A stretch of 64,000 nt of DNA from Desulfatiglandales bacterium (GCA_963667015.2 CAXXJJ010000004.1:3680001-3744000); one strand, 5' to 3'; positions 52,260 to 62,689 are shown, numbered from the stretch's first letter. The notes: a model not told the origin generated them from the letters alone. A program made the numbers and translations.

Positions 52260-52758
52260 TTTATTTAACCTCCGTCAATTTAGCTGAGATCCAATCTGAA
52301 AAAATAAAATGGAGTAAAATACTCAGAGTCTAAATCGTTTAATACTCTTATATTTAACGATTTATTCTTCCAATGCTCATAGGATTTGTAGCAGATAATT
52401 TTATAATACAATCTCTATCAGATGATATCTTAGTGCCTTTAAATACAGCTCTCTGACCTGATTGAGGAAGTCTACTACTAATTTTAAAATCTAAATCAAG
52501 AAAATACAGGTTACTGCACTAATACATCAATGTTTTCTATAATCGATTTTTAGAAAGTAAAAAAAGCTGATAAATCAAATTAATGTGAAAATTTAAATAC
52601 ATTCTTGACTGTTGACCAAATCATTTAGCAACTTGCAGATATGAAAATGTTATTAATATAGAATGGCAATACTACAAAGGTTCTTAGCTTTCATATAACT
52701 CTAAGAGCCTTTATTTTCAATGGATGTTTGTCTTAAAACTTTAAAAGCTTTATTTATG

Positions 52759-52835
52759 TGGTCGGGATGAGAGGATTTGAACCTCCGACCCCCGCGTCCC
52801 GAACGCGGTGCTCTACCAGGCTGAGCCACATCCCG
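52759..52835 (-). tRNA. tRNA-Pro(CGG)
   Basis: Reverse complement CGGGATGTGGCTCAGCCTGGTAGAGCA-CCGCG-TTCGGGA-CGCGG...GTTCAAATC...GACCA. Confidence 0.97.
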
Positions 52836-52879
52836 ATCAGGAAAGTACATATATCTTATTCGTATTTTTCAGGCAAGCT

Positions 52880-53455
52880 TTAATTTTCATTAAGAAGACG
52901 AACAAATTTATTCATTATTATTGCTGTCGCTCCCCATATGGTTACATCATCATATCTGTACCCCGGGCCATTATATGTGAATGTCTCAAACTCGATGGAA
53001 TTTAAATGCCGGTCAGAATTTTCATCAAAAAACAGATCAAGGGGGACTGAAATAATCCTTTCCACTTCATTCTCATTGATTTCAAAGTCATATGGATGGG
53101 GAATTTTGCCGACGAAAGGATGGACAATGAAATTTGTAGCCACGGTCAATTCATCATCAAGCCGACCCAGGACCTTTACATCTTCCGGCAACAGGCCCAC
53201 TTCCTCAAACGACTCCCGTAATGCGGTCTCCTCAAAATCCCTGTCGTCCGGTTCTACAACACCTCCCGGAAAGGAGATTTGCCCCTTATGATGTTCTACC
53301 TTATGGGTTCTTTCTGTGAAAAGCACTTTGTACCCATTGCCCGACTTAAATATCGGGATCAGCACAGAAGCGTGGATTAAATTTTCGGACCTGTTATCAA
53401 TTATTTTGGGGTTTCTGCTGTTAAGTGCAGACCTGATTTTCTCTGTAATGCTCAT
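52880..53455 (-). CDS. Nudix CoA pyrophosphatase
   Basis: HKGQISFPGG...TALRESFEEVG, IWGATA. Confidence 0.93.
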   Translation of the reverse strand: MSITEKIRSALNSRNPKIIDNRSENLIHASVLIPIFKSGNGYKVLFTERTHKVEHHKGQISFPGGVVEPDDRDFEETALRESFEEVGLLPEDVKVLGRLDDELTVATNFIVHPFVGKIPHPYDFEINENEVERIISVPLDLFFDENSDRHLNSIEFETFTYNGPGYRYDDVTIWGATAIIMNKFVRLLNEN

Positions 53456-53538
53456 TTTAACAACTCACTTATTCTCTAAAAATATAATTTATAATATTTT
53501 TAGATTGAAAATGTCCATTACAATCAGGAATGACAGAA

Positions 53539-56031
53539 TTATAGATATTTTTCTATTACTTTAATGAGATTATCCGGCTTTATAGGTTTTGGAATATATG
53601 AGTTCATGCCGGCTCTTATGCACTTTTCCCTGTCTCCTTTCATTGCATGAGCAGTCATGGCAATTATTGGAACATAGCGGTTTATTACCTTTGATTTCTC
53701 ACTTCTTATAGCTTTAGTTGCCTCAAAACCATCCATCTCAGGCATTTGAACATCCATAAAGACAATATCATACCTGAAACTTTCGAGTGATTTTACTGCC
53801 TCTTTTCCATTTGCAACTGCATCGACTTTAAACCCGAATTTTTCAATCATTTTTTTCACCAGCCGCTGATTCACAATATTATCCTCTACAAGAAGTATGC
53901 GGAGCCTGGTAATTTTTTCTTCAAAAACGCTGTATTTTGTAACTATTTGAGTTTTTTCAGGTATTTTCTCTCTATTATCATTCGCCAGAACAGACATAAT
54001 ACAGTCAAATAACTGTGAACGGCGTACAGGTTTAGTCAGGTATGCAGCATATCCTATTTTTTCCATCCTTGAAGCATCGCCACGCATGCCCTGGGAACTC
54101 AACATAACCATTTTGGTATCTTTTAAGGCAGGATCATTTTTGATAATTTTACCCAGTTCTGCGCCATCCATTCCCGGCATTCGCATATCCAGTATGGCAA
54201 CATCAAAGGGTGAATTGACCTTCGCGACCGCTTTCATCAGGGAAAGGGCCACATGGCCTGAATCCGCCATATCACAAAGACAGCCCCATGATTCAAGATA
54301 ACCGCTTAACACATCAAGGTTTGTTTTATTGTCATCAACAATCAAAAACCGTTTTCCCTTTAAATCCACGGGAATCACCGGTAATTCTTCGTGTGCATTT
54401 GGCTGTTTTTCAAAAAGTGCTGTAAACCAGAATGTAGATCCCTTGCCGATCTCACTTTCCACGCCTATTTCTCCGCCCATCAATTCGGCAAGTCTTTTTG
54501 AGATACTGAGCCCAAGACCGGTTCCGCCGTATAATCTTGTCGTGGAGGAATCTGACTGTTTGAATGATTCGAAGATTGTGTCAAACCTGTCTTCCGGAAT
54601 GCCAATACCTGTATCTTTTACCTTGAATAACACCCTGGCATGGGTTGCTGTTTCCTCCTGAAGAAAAATGCCAATAACAACCTCACCCTCACTGGTAAAT
54701 TTGATTGCGTTCCCGGTTAAGTTCAGGAGGATCTGCCTGAGCCTGCCAGGGTCACCTTTGAGCAGAGGAGGGACATCATAGTGTATTGAATAGATGAATT
54801 CCAGCCCTTTTTCATGGGCATACATTGCCGGAACCTCAACCATTTCGGCAATGGCACTTCTTAAATTGAAATTAAGCAGTTCAAGATCAAGCTCCCCTGC
54901 CTCAATCTTTGAAAAATCCAGGATATCATTGATTATAGTAAGCAGGCTGTCCGAGCTTCTTCTCCCCGTTTCGATCAGGTCAAGCTGTTCACTTCTTGAT
55001 TCGGTACCTGGCAGCAGATTCAGCACTCCCATAATACCGTTTAACGGGGTTCTTATCTCATGACTCATGTTTGCGAGAAACTCACTCTTTGCCTGATTAG
55101 CGGCTTCGGCGGCCTCTTTTGCCGCTAATATTTCCTCATTTACTCTCTTCCTTCCGGTGATATCACGGGTAATTACTATTGTGGATCTCTTTCCCTTGTA
55201 CTTTGCAAGAGTTACTGAGACCTCAACATGTATGACCGATCCGTCTTTTCTCAGTCCTTTGTGTTCATAGCTCTGCCCGGCTATTTCTCCTCTTTCTCTT
55301 TTTTCACCCATTTTCAAGACTTTTGCACGATCATCTGGATGAATCAGATCCTGAACCGGGATTTTTAAAAACTCTTCTTCTGTTTTATAACCATAAATAT
55401 CAGCCAGTCTCTTGTTTGAATATACATGGGCCCCATCCTGATAAATGGCAATCCCGTCATTTGCATTTTCAACTACTATGCGGAACAGTTCTTCGCTTTC
55501 AGCAAGTTCATCCTGGATACGTTTCCTGTCCCTGATCTCCTTTTTAAGCTTATTGTTGGCTGATTTTAATTCTCCAGTCCTTTCTTCAATCAAACTTTCA
55601 AGGTTCTCATGAGCCTTCTGTAATTGCGCCTGGGCAAGTTTTCTCTTTGATATATCTATATAAAATGTATATGCACCAACTATGACGCCATCCTTTGTTA
55701 TAGGCGAAACCCTGCACTCGACATCAATATTTGATCCATCCTTTCTTTTTCTGATTGTTTCATATTCAATCCTTTCACCCTTATCGACCCTTTCCCTGAT
55801 TTTCATTGATGTCTCCAGGGGTCTATTCTCCAGCATGATGAGGTCAGTTATTTTTGATCCAACCGATTCTTCAGATGTGTAGCCGAACATCTCGGTAAAT
55901 TCACGATTTATGCCATGAACAACCAGATCATTATCTGCTATAACAATAGCTACCTGTGCATTTTCAAGCAGTTGTGCAAGTGTTTCAGGATCGCTGAAAT
56001 GCATAGGCGTTGAGCCCCCGTTCTTCGGCAT
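53539..56031 (-). CDS. Hybrid sensor kinase (2xPAS-HisKA-HATPase-2xREC)
   Basis: FLANMSHEIRTPLNG, NAIKFT, GGTGLGL, two receiver domains. Confidence 0.95.
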   Translation of the reverse strand: MPKNGGSTPMHFSDPETLAQLLENAQVAIVIADNDLVVHGINREFTEMFGYTSEESVGSKITDLIMLENRPLETSMKIRERVDKGERIEYETIRKRKDGSNIDVECRVSPITKDGVIVGAYTFYIDISKRKLAQAQLQKAHENLESLIEERTGELKSANNKLKKEIRDRKRIQDELAESEELFRIVVENANDGIAIYQDGAHVYSNKRLADIYGYKTEEEFLKIPVQDLIHPDDRAKVLKMGEKRERGEIAGQSYEHKGLRKDGSVIHVEVSVTLAKYKGKRSTIVITRDITGRKRVNEEILAAKEAAEAANQAKSEFLANMSHEIRTPLNGIMGVLNLLPGTESRSEQLDLIETGRRSSDSLLTIINDILDFSKIEAGELDLELLNFNLRSAIAEMVEVPAMYAHEKGLEFIYSIHYDVPPLLKGDPGRLRQILLNLTGNAIKFTSEGEVVIGIFLQEETATHARVLFKVKDTGIGIPEDRFDTIFESFKQSDSSTTRLYGGTGLGLSISKRLAELMGGEIGVESEIGKGSTFWFTALFEKQPNAHEELPVIPVDLKGKRFLIVDDNKTNLDVLSGYLESWGCLCDMADSGHVALSLMKAVAKVNSPFDVAILDMRMPGMDGAELGKIIKNDPALKDTKMVMLSSQGMRGDASRMEKIGYAAYLTKPVRRSQLFDCIMSVLANDNREKIPEKTQIVTKYSVFEEKITRLRILLVEDNIVNQRLVKKMIEKFGFKVDAVANGKEAVKSLESFRYDIVFMDVQMPEMDGFEATKAIRSEKSKVINRYVPIIAMTAHAMKGDREKCIRAGMNSYIPKPIKPDNLIKVIEKYL

Positions 56032-56034
56032 TAT

Positions 56035-57261
56035 TTAACCTCTCTTATTAAAATCTTTTTTAATAAGGACAAATAATTCGCCCTCCTGTTTCATGTGTCC
56101 TGCGGCAAGCTCGGCATATTTTCCACTGCCCCAGAAAATATCCGCCCTGCCGGCTCCGGTTATTGCACCGCCCGTGTCCTGATTGATTATAAACCTTGAG
56201 AATTTCTCCCATTTTTCTATTTTGCCATTGATGTTTTCAACAGGCTTCTCGCTTTTAATAAAACAGAGCGCCCCCTTTGGAAAAAGTCTTGAATCGAGTG
56301 CGATTGACCTGCCTGGTGTTAGAGGGACACCGATATTACCCAGGGGACCTCTTTCAAGAATCCTGAAAAAAACATATGAAGGATTATAGTTCAGGGTTTC
56401 ATCCACAATTTCGGGATGCCCGGAGAGATAGCTCCGGATACCCTGCATGGACATCTCTTCCTTTGTCATATATTCCTTATCAATCAGATACTTACCGATA
56501 CTTTTATATGACCTCCCGTTTGAGGCATGATAGCCGACAGCAAGAAGGCTTCCGTCGTTCATTTTCAATCGCCCGGAACCCTGAATCTGAAGAAAGGCAA
56601 CATCAACGGGATCTTTCAGCCATGCAATCTCAAGATTCTTATTTTCAAGTATTTTCTGATGTTCTATCTCCATCCTGGTGTAATAGGGAATCACCTGTTT
56701 ATCTTCAACCCTGGCAATAATACTTTCTCCGTTATATTTATCCTTGAAAAGGGATAGATCTATTTTAATCAGATCTTCAGGCAGGCTGTATAATGGAAAC
56801 TTATATTCCTTATCAGGGGTTATTCGGGCATCATATACCGGCTCAAAATACCCGGTAAAAAGAACCTCTTTGTTTCCGGCCCGCCCGGCAGCCCGGTACA
56901 GGATAAAATTCTTTTTTATTTTTTCCTTAATCTCTTTTTGATCGTGAGTATTTTTCAGGATATCAAGCAGGGTTTCCTGGGTTTCGATAACCTGATCCCT
57001 GTTATACTCATGGGGGCCGTATTTAAAAGTCTGATCCGGTGTAAGCCTGTTTAGATACTCAAGATTATTTACTGCGGCCTGTTCAAGAGACGTTAAATCC
57101 ATATCATCTAAAAAATCCGGATAAAAAAAGCGTATCTGAACAAGCGTATCATTGGGAGTAGCAGCCTCCTTCCTGAGTGTCGGCTGACAGCCGTTCAGTA
57201 TGAGTGCAAGAAACAGGATGACTAACAGGTTTATTTTATGCCTTGAGAGTGTAACAGGAAT
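56035..57261 (-). CDS. mltA: Membrane-bound lytic murein transglycosylase A (lipoprotein)
   Basis: FTGYFEP, FLQIQGSG, NPSYVFF, QDTGGAI.G..RADIFWG; frame extends upstream through lipobox LNGC to an ATT codon with RBS. Confidence 0.9.
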   Translation of the reverse strand: MPVTLSRHKINLLVILFLALILNGCQPTLRKEAATPNDTLVQIRFFYPDFLDDMDLTSLEQAAVNNLEYLNRLTPDQTFKYGPHEYNRDQVIETQETLLDILKNTHDQKEIKEKIKKNFILYRAAGRAGNKEVLFTGYFEPVYDARITPDKEYKFPLYSLPEDLIKIDLSLFKDKYNGESIIARVEDKQVIPYYTRMEIEHQKILENKNLEIAWLKDPVDVAFLQIQGSGRLKMNDGSLLAVGYHASNGRSYKSIGKYLIDKEYMTKEEMSMQGIRSYLSGHPEIVDETLNYNPSYVFFRILERGPLGNIGVPLTPGRSIALDSRLFPKGALCFIKSEKPVENINGKIEKWEKFSRFIINQDTGGAITGAGRADIFWGSGKYAELAAGHMKQEGELFVLIKKDFNKRG

Positions 57262-57382
57262 GATATTCCCCTTTCCTATAATATGTTGAATTTATTTTCG
57301 CTATCATATATACAGGTCCGGAACGATACAAGCAAATTTCCTGAATCTTGAACTGTAGCTTTTTTTCAACGGCCATAAAAAC

Positions 57383-57524
57383 TGTGTTATTTAAGCCACA
57401 CTTATTATCTTTTCGTCAGGCTTTAACAGTATTTATACAAAAAAATAACCATTAAATAACACTTTAATTTCAGTGTGTTAAATGGGCACTATGTGGTTTT
57501 CATCATTCTGGCATTTTATTTGCA
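57383..57524 (+). promoter_or_regulatory. Sigma-54 promoter of lpxC with upstream activator-like palindrome
   Basis: TGGCATTTTATTTGCA (GG-N10-GC) at 57509-57524; TGTG-N10-CACA at 57383-57400. Confidence 0.7.
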
Positions 57525-57560
57525 AATATCTACCACGGTTTATATGAGAGGGAGAATATC

Positions 57561-58490
57561 GTGGGTTTTAGACAGCGAACTTTAAGTGACAGTATTAGCT
57601 GCACAGGAATTGGATTACATTCAGGTAAAAAGGTCAGGATGACAATTAAGCCGGCTCCTCCTGATACAGGCATCAGATTCATCAGAAAAGATCTTCCGGG
57701 CAAACGGATGATCAGGGCCTATTTTGACAGTGTTATTAACACTACCTTGTGCACAGTTATCGGCAGCAATGGCAACCATGTCTCTACTATCGAGCATCTT
57801 ATGGCGGCTTTTTTCGGTTTTGGAATAGACAATGCTATAGTTGAGATAGACGGGCCGGAAGTACCTATTATGGATGGAAGTGCGGCCCCCTTTATTTTTC
57901 TGTTAAAAAATACGGGCATTAAGGAACAGCGAAAACCCAAAGAGTTCATTTTAATCAAAAAGACTATCCATGTTGAGGAAGGCAACAGATCAATAACCAT
58001 TAAACCTTCCAGAGAGTTAAAGGTAACCTTTACAATTGACTTTCACCATCCTCTCATCAGCAATCAGAAATATAATTTTTCCTTTTCAGGAAAAAACTTT
58101 ATTGATGAAATCAGCCGTGCAAGGACCTTTGGATTTCTAAAGGATATAGAAACATTAAGAGACGCCGGGCTCGCCAGGGGCGGTTCCCTTGACAATGCAA
58201 TCGTAATAGATGATTTCAGGGTGCTGAATGAAGACGGCCTGAGATATTCCGATGAATTTGTGAGACACAAAATACTCGATTTCCTGGGTGATATTGCAGT
58301 TATGGGAGCACCGATAATTGGCCATTTTATTGTAAATAGATCAGGGCATTCCCTTAATCATGCCATGCTGAAAAAGCTGTCTTCCAATAAAAAATACTGG
58401 AAAAGAATCACACTGGAAGAGCCGGGGCAGGTGTCAAGGGAAAGCTTTACAATACCGGCCTTTGGGCCCATGGAACCTGTTCCGGTTTGA
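57561..58490 (+). CDS. lpxC: UDP-3-O-acyl-GlcNAc deacetylase
   Basis: GIGLHSG, TIEHLMAA, EVPIMDGSA, HKILD, GH.LN. Confidence 0.98.
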   Translation: MGFRQRTLSDSISCTGIGLHSGKKVRMTIKPAPPDTGIRFIRKDLPGKRMIRAYFDSVINTTLCTVIGSNGNHVSTIEHLMAAFFGFGIDNAIVEIDGPEVPIMDGSAAPFIFLLKNTGIKEQRKPKEFILIKKTIHVEEGNRSITIKPSRELKVTFTIDFHHPLISNQKYNFSFSGKNFIDEISRARTFGFLKDIETLRDAGLARGGSLDNAIVIDDFRVLNEDGLRYSDEFVRHKILDFLGDIAVMGAPIIGHFIVNRSGHSLNHAMLKKLSSNKKYWKRITLEEPGQVSRESFTIPAFGPMEPVPV

Positions 58491-58532
58491 GGGAACTTTA
58501 AAAACATATACCAATAAGCCATATCCCGGGTT

Positions 58533-58728
58533 TTCCTGGGCACCGGCAAGGAGTTAGATACCGGCAAGCTGAAGCTGTAAAATCCATCGCATCATGCGGG
58601 AAAATACAGACAGGGCTTACATTAAGTACGCCACAGGGAGAGGCGACCGAATATAACAATATCAACTGCAGCTCCTTAAATCCTTCAGCGGGGTGATAAC
58701 GCCTTGCGGGTGCCCGGGAATTTTTTTT
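58533..58728 (+). ncRNA. Candidate structured ncRNA (~190 nt, long closing stem; 6S-like size)
   Basis: 5' TTCCTGGGCACC-G-GCAAGG...GCTGAAG pairs with 3' CTTCAGC...CCTTGC-G-GGTGCCCGGGAA; followed by T8. Confidence 0.55.
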
Positions 58729-58734
58729 AGAGGT

Positions 58735-58866
58735 GGTTTCTAAACGTTTAAGTTTGAGCAAGGGCAAGGAAGACGAAAATTTTAACCACAGGAATACACG
58801 TAGTATTTTGAGGATTATAATTTGAGTCTGACACAGACATTGCTCAAAATCGGGCGTTTTGAAACC
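58735..58866. repeat. 132-bp MITE-like palindromic element
   Basis: Ends GGTTTCTAAACG / CGTTTTGAAACC, inner TTTGAGCAA / TTGCTCAAA. Confidence 0.6.
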
Positions 58867-59017
58867 GGATCAATAGTATTGCATTTCCGACACTCCTTGG
58901 TTATCATATTTTTTTTGTATAATTCATTAAAGAATAAATACCGGCAGCACTCCCTTGGGGGGTGTTGCCGGTATATTCCGCTTTATTGTTTAAATCTAAT
59001 CCAGGGATTACTTGTTA

Positions 59018-61255
59018 ATGCAGAAATACCAGGAATCAGAAGTTGAGGATAAAAAGAGACAGCGAAGAGAATGGGTAATCATCTTCTGCCTGGTTATCGT
59101 TATCAGCTCCCTGTGGTATGTCGGAAGGAAATACTTCGATCTCGGGCTTGACCTTCCGGGGGCAAACAGCCCCCTGATTTTTTTCCTGACATACCTGAAT
59201 ATCATTATACTCCTTGTTCTTCTTTACCTGACAGTCAGGAATCTTGTTAAGCTCCTCTTTGAAAGAAAAAAGAACATCATGGGAGCAAGGCTAAGGAGCA
59301 AGCTTGTCCTGGCCTTTATTCTGCTTTCTCTTTTGCCGACCATAATTTTATTTTTTGTTTCTGTTACCTTTATATCGAATTCCATTGAATACTGGTACAA
59401 CATTCCCATTGAAAGGTCTCTCCAGAATTCCGTTGACCTTGGTAATGATTACCTTGAAAGAATAAATAAGGAAATTTCATACGCCGGTAATAAGATCAGC
59501 AAGATTATTACCCATGAAGGCTGGACACTGCAAATCAAAGATGATGAGGTCAAAAGACTTATACACGAAAAATTTGTCCAGTATAATTTTGCACGGATTC
59601 GGGTTTATTCGGAAAATTTTAACCTGCGGGCAAAAGAATCGAATTCCAGGCCAGACCTGAGTCAGTTCGACGGACCCGGTCGGCAGGAGTTTGATCAGTG
59701 TAAGGAAATGGCCGAGGACATTCATAAAATGGAACCATCTGATCATGGGCTACTTATCTCCGGAGTTATCCCGGTTTTTTCAATAGACGAAACGAAAAGG
59801 ACGGTTGTCGGGGCTGTTTTTATTGATGATTTTATTCCCATAGAGTTTGCCAATAAACTGACAAGCGTATCAAAGGGTCTTGAAGAATACAGGCAGTCCA
59901 GCCTTGAAAAACCTGCAGTCAAGACAATCCATATGATCCTGCTTTCCATTGTTACCCTTCTTATTATCTTTACATCCATATGGGTGGGGTTTTACCTGTC
60001 CAAGGGCATTACTGTGCCAATCCAGGAGCTTGCCGAGGGGACCGAAAGGATCGCTTCCGGTGATCTTGATTTCTTTATTGATCTTGAATCAACCGATGAA
60101 ATCGGGGTTCTTGTAAACTCATTCAACCGAATGACCCTTGATCTTAAAAACAGCAAAAAACAGCTGGAAGAGGCTAATGAAGAGCTCATAAAGAGCAATA
60201 TGGAAATCGAACAGAGGCGCCTTTACATGGAAATTGTTCTGGCCAATGTAGGCGCCGGGGTTATATCAGCCGATATGGATGGAAGGCTCCTCACGGTAAA
60301 CAAATCAGCAGCGGAAATGCTGGGTATTGATGTAAGGAATATAGTAGGAAAGAACTATCGCAAGGTTATGCGTCCCGAGCAGGTGAAGATAATAAACGAT
60401 TTCCTGTCCGATAAAAATTTGAGACGAAAAGGCTACATGCAAAACCAGATCAGGATTACAACCCCTGATAACAAAAACCTGACCCTGCTTATCTCACTTA
60501 ACATGCTCAGGGATGAACAGGGAAGATTTTCCGGCCTGGTTGCCGTATTTGATGACCTGAGTGAAATTGAGAAGGCCCAGAGAGAAGCTGCATGGAGACA
60601 GGTGGCAAGACGTATTGCTCACGAGGTAAAAAACCCTCTTACACCTATTCAGCTTTCTGCCCAGCGTATCAAGAAACGTATCGGACACAAACTTGAAAAA
60701 GAGGACGCCGGTATGCTCAATGAATGTACCAGTATGATCATCAAGGAAGCAGAAGTGTTAAAAAGGCTGGTAAACGAATTTTCCAGCTACGCCAGGATGC
60801 CTGCCTCAAACCCGGCGCCTGATGACCTGAACAAAATAATTAAGGAGGCAGTAGTCCTTTATCAGGAAACACAAAATAATGTTAATGTTAACTACAATTA
60901 TTCAGCCGGAATCCCCATATTCCGGTTTGATGGCGAACAGATAAAAAGGGTTATGATCAATCTGATCGATAACGCGGTTACAGCCGTTGGGCTGTCTGGA
61001 GAGGTAAGTGTCAGGCTGGTATATGATAGTGAACTGGACATTGCAAAGATTGAAGTGGCAGACAATGGGCCGGGTATCCCATCCAGGTACAAGAAAAGGA
61101 TTTTTGAACCATATTTTTCTACAAAAAACCATGGCACAGGACTGGGACTTGCCATTGTAAGTCAGATCATTAAAGATCACAGAGGCTTTATTGAGGTCTA
61201 TGATAACAAACCAAAGGGTACACGGTTTATAATAGAACTTCCTGTCAGTGTATAG
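59018..61255 (+). CDS. NtrY-like sensor histidine kinase (TM-HAMP-PAS-HisKA-HATPase)
   Basis: AAWRQVARRIAHEVKNPLTPIQLSAQR, GTGLGL. Confidence 0.92.
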   Translation: MQKYQESEVEDKKRQRREWVIIFCLVIVISSLWYVGRKYFDLGLDLPGANSPLIFFLTYLNIIILLVLLYLTVRNLVKLLFERKKNIMGARLRSKLVLAFILLSLLPTIILFFVSVTFISNSIEYWYNIPIERSLQNSVDLGNDYLERINKEISYAGNKISKIITHEGWTLQIKDDEVKRLIHEKFVQYNFARIRVYSENFNLRAKESNSRPDLSQFDGPGRQEFDQCKEMAEDIHKMEPSDHGLLISGVIPVFSIDETKRTVVGAVFIDDFIPIEFANKLTSVSKGLEEYRQSSLEKPAVKTIHMILLSIVTLLIIFTSIWVGFYLSKGITVPIQELAEGTERIASGDLDFFIDLESTDEIGVLVNSFNRMTLDLKNSKKQLEEANEELIKSNMEIEQRRLYMEIVLANVGAGVISADMDGRLLTVNKSAAEMLGIDVRNIVGKNYRKVMRPEQVKIINDFLSDKNLRRKGYMQNQIRITTPDNKNLTLLISLNMLRDEQGRFSGLVAVFDDLSEIEKAQREAAWRQVARRIAHEVKNPLTPIQLSAQRIKKRIGHKLEKEDAGMLNECTSMIIKEAEVLKRLVNEFSSYARMPASNPAPDDLNKIIKEAVVLYQETQNNVNVNYNYSAGIPIFRFDGEQIKRVMINLIDNAVTAVGLSGEVSVRLVYDSELDIAKIEVADNGPGIPSRYKKRIFEPYFSTKNHGTGLGLAIVSQIIKDHRGFIEVYDNKPKGTRFIIELPVSV

Positions 61256-61332
61256 GCCGGGGGATTTTTTGACAAAATTTTTCTTAATTATTGTTGTAGA
61301 CAGAGGTGCAGTAAACCTCTTACCGGATTTTA

Positions 61333-62415
61333 TTGGAGGGGACATTGCTTCGATCTGACTGGTCCCGAATTCATGAAACAGGGGGCTTTCACCTGTATAC
61401 CCTGCCGCTGGCCTTTATCTCTTTTCTATATGGTATCTGCGTAAGGGCGAGAAATTTCTTCATCAAAAACAAAGGCAAAAAACTTCCGGGCTTTGTATTA
61501 AGCATCGGAAATATAACTGCAGGCGGAACAGGAAAAACCCCGGCAACGATAATGTTGGCGGCGTGGGCTCAATCACAGGGTTACAATGTTGCGGTACTCT
61601 CACGCGGCTATGGTGGTAGTTATAATAAAGACACCGCGGTCGTTTCTGACGGGAAAAATATTCTGCTCACCCCGGAGATGGCCGGCGATGAGCCATGGCT
61701 GATGGCCAGCACGCTTAAGGATATTCCGGTTATTGTTTCACGGAAAAGATATCTTGCCGGCCTGAAGGCAAAAAATGATTTTGACAGCAGTTTTTTTATC
61801 CTGGATGACGGTTTTCAGCATATGCACCTGAAACGTGATATGGATATTGTTCTTGCAGACGCAGGGAGGCCATTCGGGAATGGCCATCTTCTACCCTGGG
61901 GCCCCCTGAGAGAGCCGTTATCAGGGCTGAAACGTGCAGACGCGGTCCTGTTTACGCGCACAGGAAAACTTCATCCGGAAAAAAACAGCAATTACTTTTT
62001 TAATAAACCGCTGTTCACAGGTGACCATACACCGGACAGGATTATAATTCCGTCCATAGGAAAGGAGTACGACCTCTCATATTTAAAAGGTAAGCGTGTG
62101 ACAGCCTTTTCAGGAATAGCAAAACCTGAATCTTTTAAAGAAAGCCTCTTAAATCTTGGGGCCGAGGTTGTATCCTTCAGGGCCTTTGGGGATCACTATC
62201 CATTCAACCGGGAGGACATTACAAAACTCATGGAGGAGCAGAAGTCTCTCAATTGCGAATTTCTTATAACAACAGAAAAGGACTGGGCAAGGATCAGGGA
62301 GATGGCAATGGATATTGACTCCCTTGCCTGTCTTACGATAAGGTTTGTTATTACATCCGGAAAGGATGAGCTCTTTAACATGATCAAGGAAAAGGCGGAT
62401 GCTGTCTTACAATGA
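61333..62415 (+). CDS. lpxK: Tetraacyldisaccharide 4'-kinase
   Basis: SIGNITAGGTGKTP, SRGYG, GDEP, DDGFQH, LLPWGPLRE, TTEKD. Confidence 0.97.
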   Translation: MEGTLLRSDWSRIHETGGFHLYTLPLAFISFLYGICVRARNFFIKNKGKKLPGFVLSIGNITAGGTGKTPATIMLAAWAQSQGYNVAVLSRGYGGSYNKDTAVVSDGKNILLTPEMAGDEPWLMASTLKDIPVIVSRKRYLAGLKAKNDFDSSFFILDDGFQHMHLKRDMDIVLADAGRPFGNGHLLPWGPLREPLSGLKRADAVLFTRTGKLHPEKNSNYFFNKPLFTGDHTPDRIIIPSIGKEYDLSYLKGKRVTAFSGIAKPESFKESLLNLGAEVVSFRAFGDHYPFNREDITKLMEEQKSLNCEFLITTEKDWARIREMAMDIDSLACLTIRFVITSGKDELFNMIKEKADAVLQ

Positions 62416-62465
62416 ACTCAGCCGCCGCAAATGACGAGGTATTAGACCTTGCGCTTCGCAATAAA
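62414..62465. repeat. REP-like element, partial copy of 49601-49695
   Basis: Shared ~33-bp core with one mismatch. Confidence 0.8.
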
Positions 62466-62521
62466 TGTGACGCCAACCTGCGCATGATTTGATATTAACA
62501 GAAATAAAGGAGAAATAAGAC

Positions 62522-62689
62522 ATGGCTCTCAGCAAAGAATTACTGGACATACTTGCCTGCCCCAAATGCAAGGGAGAGATATACCTTAATGAAACAGAAG
62601 ACGGTCTCAAGTGTGATAAATGCAGGCTTATTTATGAAATAAAAGATGACATCCCCATAATGCTTATTGACGAGGCTAAACCTTTTTAA
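62522..62689 (+). CDS. Trm112/YcaR-family protein (55 aa)
   Basis: MALSKELLDILACPKCKG...CDKCRLIYEIKDDIPIMLIDEA; AAGGAG RBS. Confidence 0.93.
   Translation: MALSKELLDILACPKCKGEIYLNETEDGLKCDKCRLIYEIKDDIPIMLIDEAKPF

Noticed and set aside
57313..57333. CAGGTCCGGAACGATACAAGC resembling the SRP RNA domain IV motif
   Set aside because: The GGAAGCAGC half is not conserved and no flanking long stem was seen
58498..58767. 89-aa minus-strand ORF
   Set aside because: Overlaps the structured RNA candidate and the MITE-like element; no protein features
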